From Eledone cirrhosa (taxonomy: Eukaryota), in contig OZ024757.1 of the NCBI GenBank assembly GCA_964016885.1, positions 2,232,001-2,296,000 on the forward strand: 64,000 bases of DNA. The letters run 5' to 3'. The notes under the pieces were generated by a model. That model saw only the letters and a program-made list of their open reading frames with translations. It did not search any database and was not told where the DNA came from. The first letter of the stretch is position 1. Every line of letters starts with the position of its first letter. Positions 56,834-64,000 of the stretch are shown piece by piece. A program made the position numbers and the translations under genes.

Positions 56834-58290
56834 AAAAAATAAAAGTTACGGGCGAAAGAGGGTAATATATATATATATTTATTAAAATAACAGATACTCT
56901 ACGCTACAGACCACATCTTAAACAAAAAATCTGAGACAATTTCGGCTTGTAAACATAAATTGCACAAAACTTTCCTGTATTACAGCCCCACATTATACCC
57001 TAACGGATAGTTCGATCTATACGCGGATATTTTTCGTCTTGATGTGGTAGCTAAGTATATGTAATATTTATACCGTTACTTATTTGCATAGGTAAGTATA
57101 TATTACCTGTATGTTTTGTGAAGGTACGTATACTTTCTCGTACGTATATTTGATTGTATATGTTATGGCGTATATTTTTGTATATTCTGGTACATATGCA
57201 TTTGGTTATGTGTATACGTGTGTTTTGCGTCTGTGTGAGTATGCGGGTTCGTACGTATGTAGGGTTTGTGTATATGTATACTTCGTGTTTTGGTTGACGT
57301 ACGTCTCCGAACATTTGTGTATTTACATGTAGGTATGTGTGTGCGCTTGTTATATACGTATTTATTTATTTATATACGTTTATTTAATTATTTGTATACA
57401 CGCACACACACACACATATTTATATGTGCGTGTATTTGTATACTTATGGTGAGTGTTTTCGCGTATGCTTGTATATGTACTTATTTGGAAGCGTGTATGT
57501 ATTTATTTAATTTCAATTACTTCTGTATTTTATTTACTTTATTCTTAACTCTGTAGCGGAGAATCATTCGGTTTCCTAGTTAGAATTTAGTCTACGACTT
57601 CAGCTATACCATTTACGTGGTTTTGTCTTTGCGTGCAATTGTTCTCCACGCTCCACATATTACGTATTATCTTCGTTTTTTCTGTTCATTGCCAGAGAAC
57701 GTCTCTATGAACCACCTAAGAGAATATTAGTCTACGACTTCTCTTATACCATAAACGTGGTTCTGTCTTTGCGTGTAATTGTTTTTCACCGCTCCTATTA
57801 ATGACGTATTATATTCGTTTTTTACCGTTCTTTGCCAGGGAACGTTTCCACGAACCAAAGTATCGTCTTCCTGTCTTCCCCCGGTTGCAACGTTTTTTGA
57901 AATATTCACTTCTGCGTTTACAGATTGACTTTGTTAGTTTCAGAAGATCCCGTTAAGGGTGAAAGCAGCGATTCTTTGTTTAAACTTTAATCTGTTATTT
58001 TAATAAATATGTGCTCTACGGTTCTTATATATTTGATATATATTTATCCTAATCGAGCCCTCTTTGGATTTTAGTCTTTAAATTTATTATTATTACTATA
58101 TATATATATATAGTTGTTTTGATATGTTTGTATTTTTGACCGTTGGTCAGTCAATGGCAACATTGAGGACCGAATAAATTAAATTAACCGATATAAAAGA
58201 CACAAAAGCGAAAAGCGAAAAACCAACCAAACAGTGAGTGTGTTCTGTTATTAATTCTGGCAATATTAAAATATGACCCTCCCCAAGTAT

Positions 58291-58294
<4 letters not shown>
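56632..58294 (+). mobile_element. Non-coding element with ~55-bp inverted ends plus ~110-bp direct repeats (probable non-autonomous PLE)
   Basis: 56632-56687 is the reverse complement of 58232-58285, and 56686-56795 repeats at 58130-58232. A degenerate hammerhead lies at 57936-57986 and the flanks are TA repeats. Confidence 0.65.
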
Positions 58295-58370
<76 letters not shown>

Positions 58371-58427
58371 ATACTTGTTATACTTAAATTTTAAAAATTA
58401 AAAATTAATTTACTTACTAAAATTTTC

Positions 58428-58509
58428 ACTCCAACTAATTAGTTTCTGTAATGGGATAAAGATAGTTACGCAATGTAACCATCGAGAATTCATTACGTCA
58501 TCAGGGAGT
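58428..58509 (-). ncRNA. Type I hammerhead motif with extended stem II
   Basis: Minus strand: actcc CTGATGA c gtaatg..gatggttac-attgc-gtaactatc..cattac a GAAA ctaattag TT ggagt. Confidence 0.7.
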
Positions 58510-58788
58510 CTATTCTCAGCTAAGTCTCCAGGCAATGCGCGGAAACTAGGGACTCATATAAAAATAATAATTCGGTGGATGGAACAGCTAGCGGGGACTG
58601 AATTCCATAGCACTGAAAAAGTTCAATGTCTCTGGTCAAATGGCAGATTCTAAAGAATCAATCACGTGACACTGAGGCTAGTCGGAAGGAGTGGGATGGT
58701 ATAATGACAAAAGCCTACTACCACTACAATGAATTAGTAGTGGAATTGGCAAGTTTGCTCAACAAATAAATAATTTGGAGATAATATA

Positions 58789-59560
<772 letters not shown>

Positions 59561-59590
59561 TCAGTATATATTTATACACACACATATCCA

Positions 59591-59672
<82 letters not shown>

Positions 59673-59692
59673 TATATGAATATGTCTGTGTG

Positions 59693-59824
<132 letters not shown>

Positions 59825-59929
59825 CCAATACATGTGAACAATAACTCGTGCAGTGGACAGTGTCAATAAGTAAACTGTAGTTTGTAGGAGAATCTTAACT
59901 AATTAGAAAACTGGGATGGAGAATCTCTG

Positions 59930-59987
<58 letters not shown>

Positions 59988-59994
59988 TATACAC

Positions 59995-60055
<61 letters not shown>

Positions 60056-60086
60056 CATATATATATATATACATATATATATATAC

Positions 60087-64000
<3,914 letters not shown>

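Overview
Gene-free, extremely repeat-dense animal DNA. The SINE families and very long (TA)n/(TACA)n tracts suggest a cephalopod, probably an octopod; this is an inference. The window holds a 9.5 kb AT-rich minisatellite with ~1.8 kb higher-order structure, a 200-N gap and multi-kb (TA)n arrays. Retroelements include one intact CR1/Jockey-group LINE ORF2 (APE-RT), fragments of R4/Dong-, CRE-, Tx1/L1- and RTE-type elements, about eight copies of a tRNA-derived Meta-domain-like SINE, and at least three Penelope-like element (PLE) families with inverted pseudo-LTRs. The most striking signal is non-coding: about 20 hammerhead-ribozyme (HHR) motifs. The last 3.8 kb is a near-perfect tandem array of 467-bp units, each carrying a canonical minimal type I HHR on the minus strand (a candidate retrozyme/circular-RNA satellite). 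A PLE pseudo-LTR carries a variant HHR whose core UUGAAAA appears to replace the C3-G8 pair with U3-A8. All ribozyme calls were made by eye and are untested. Most ORFs in the supplied track are microsatellite artefacts.
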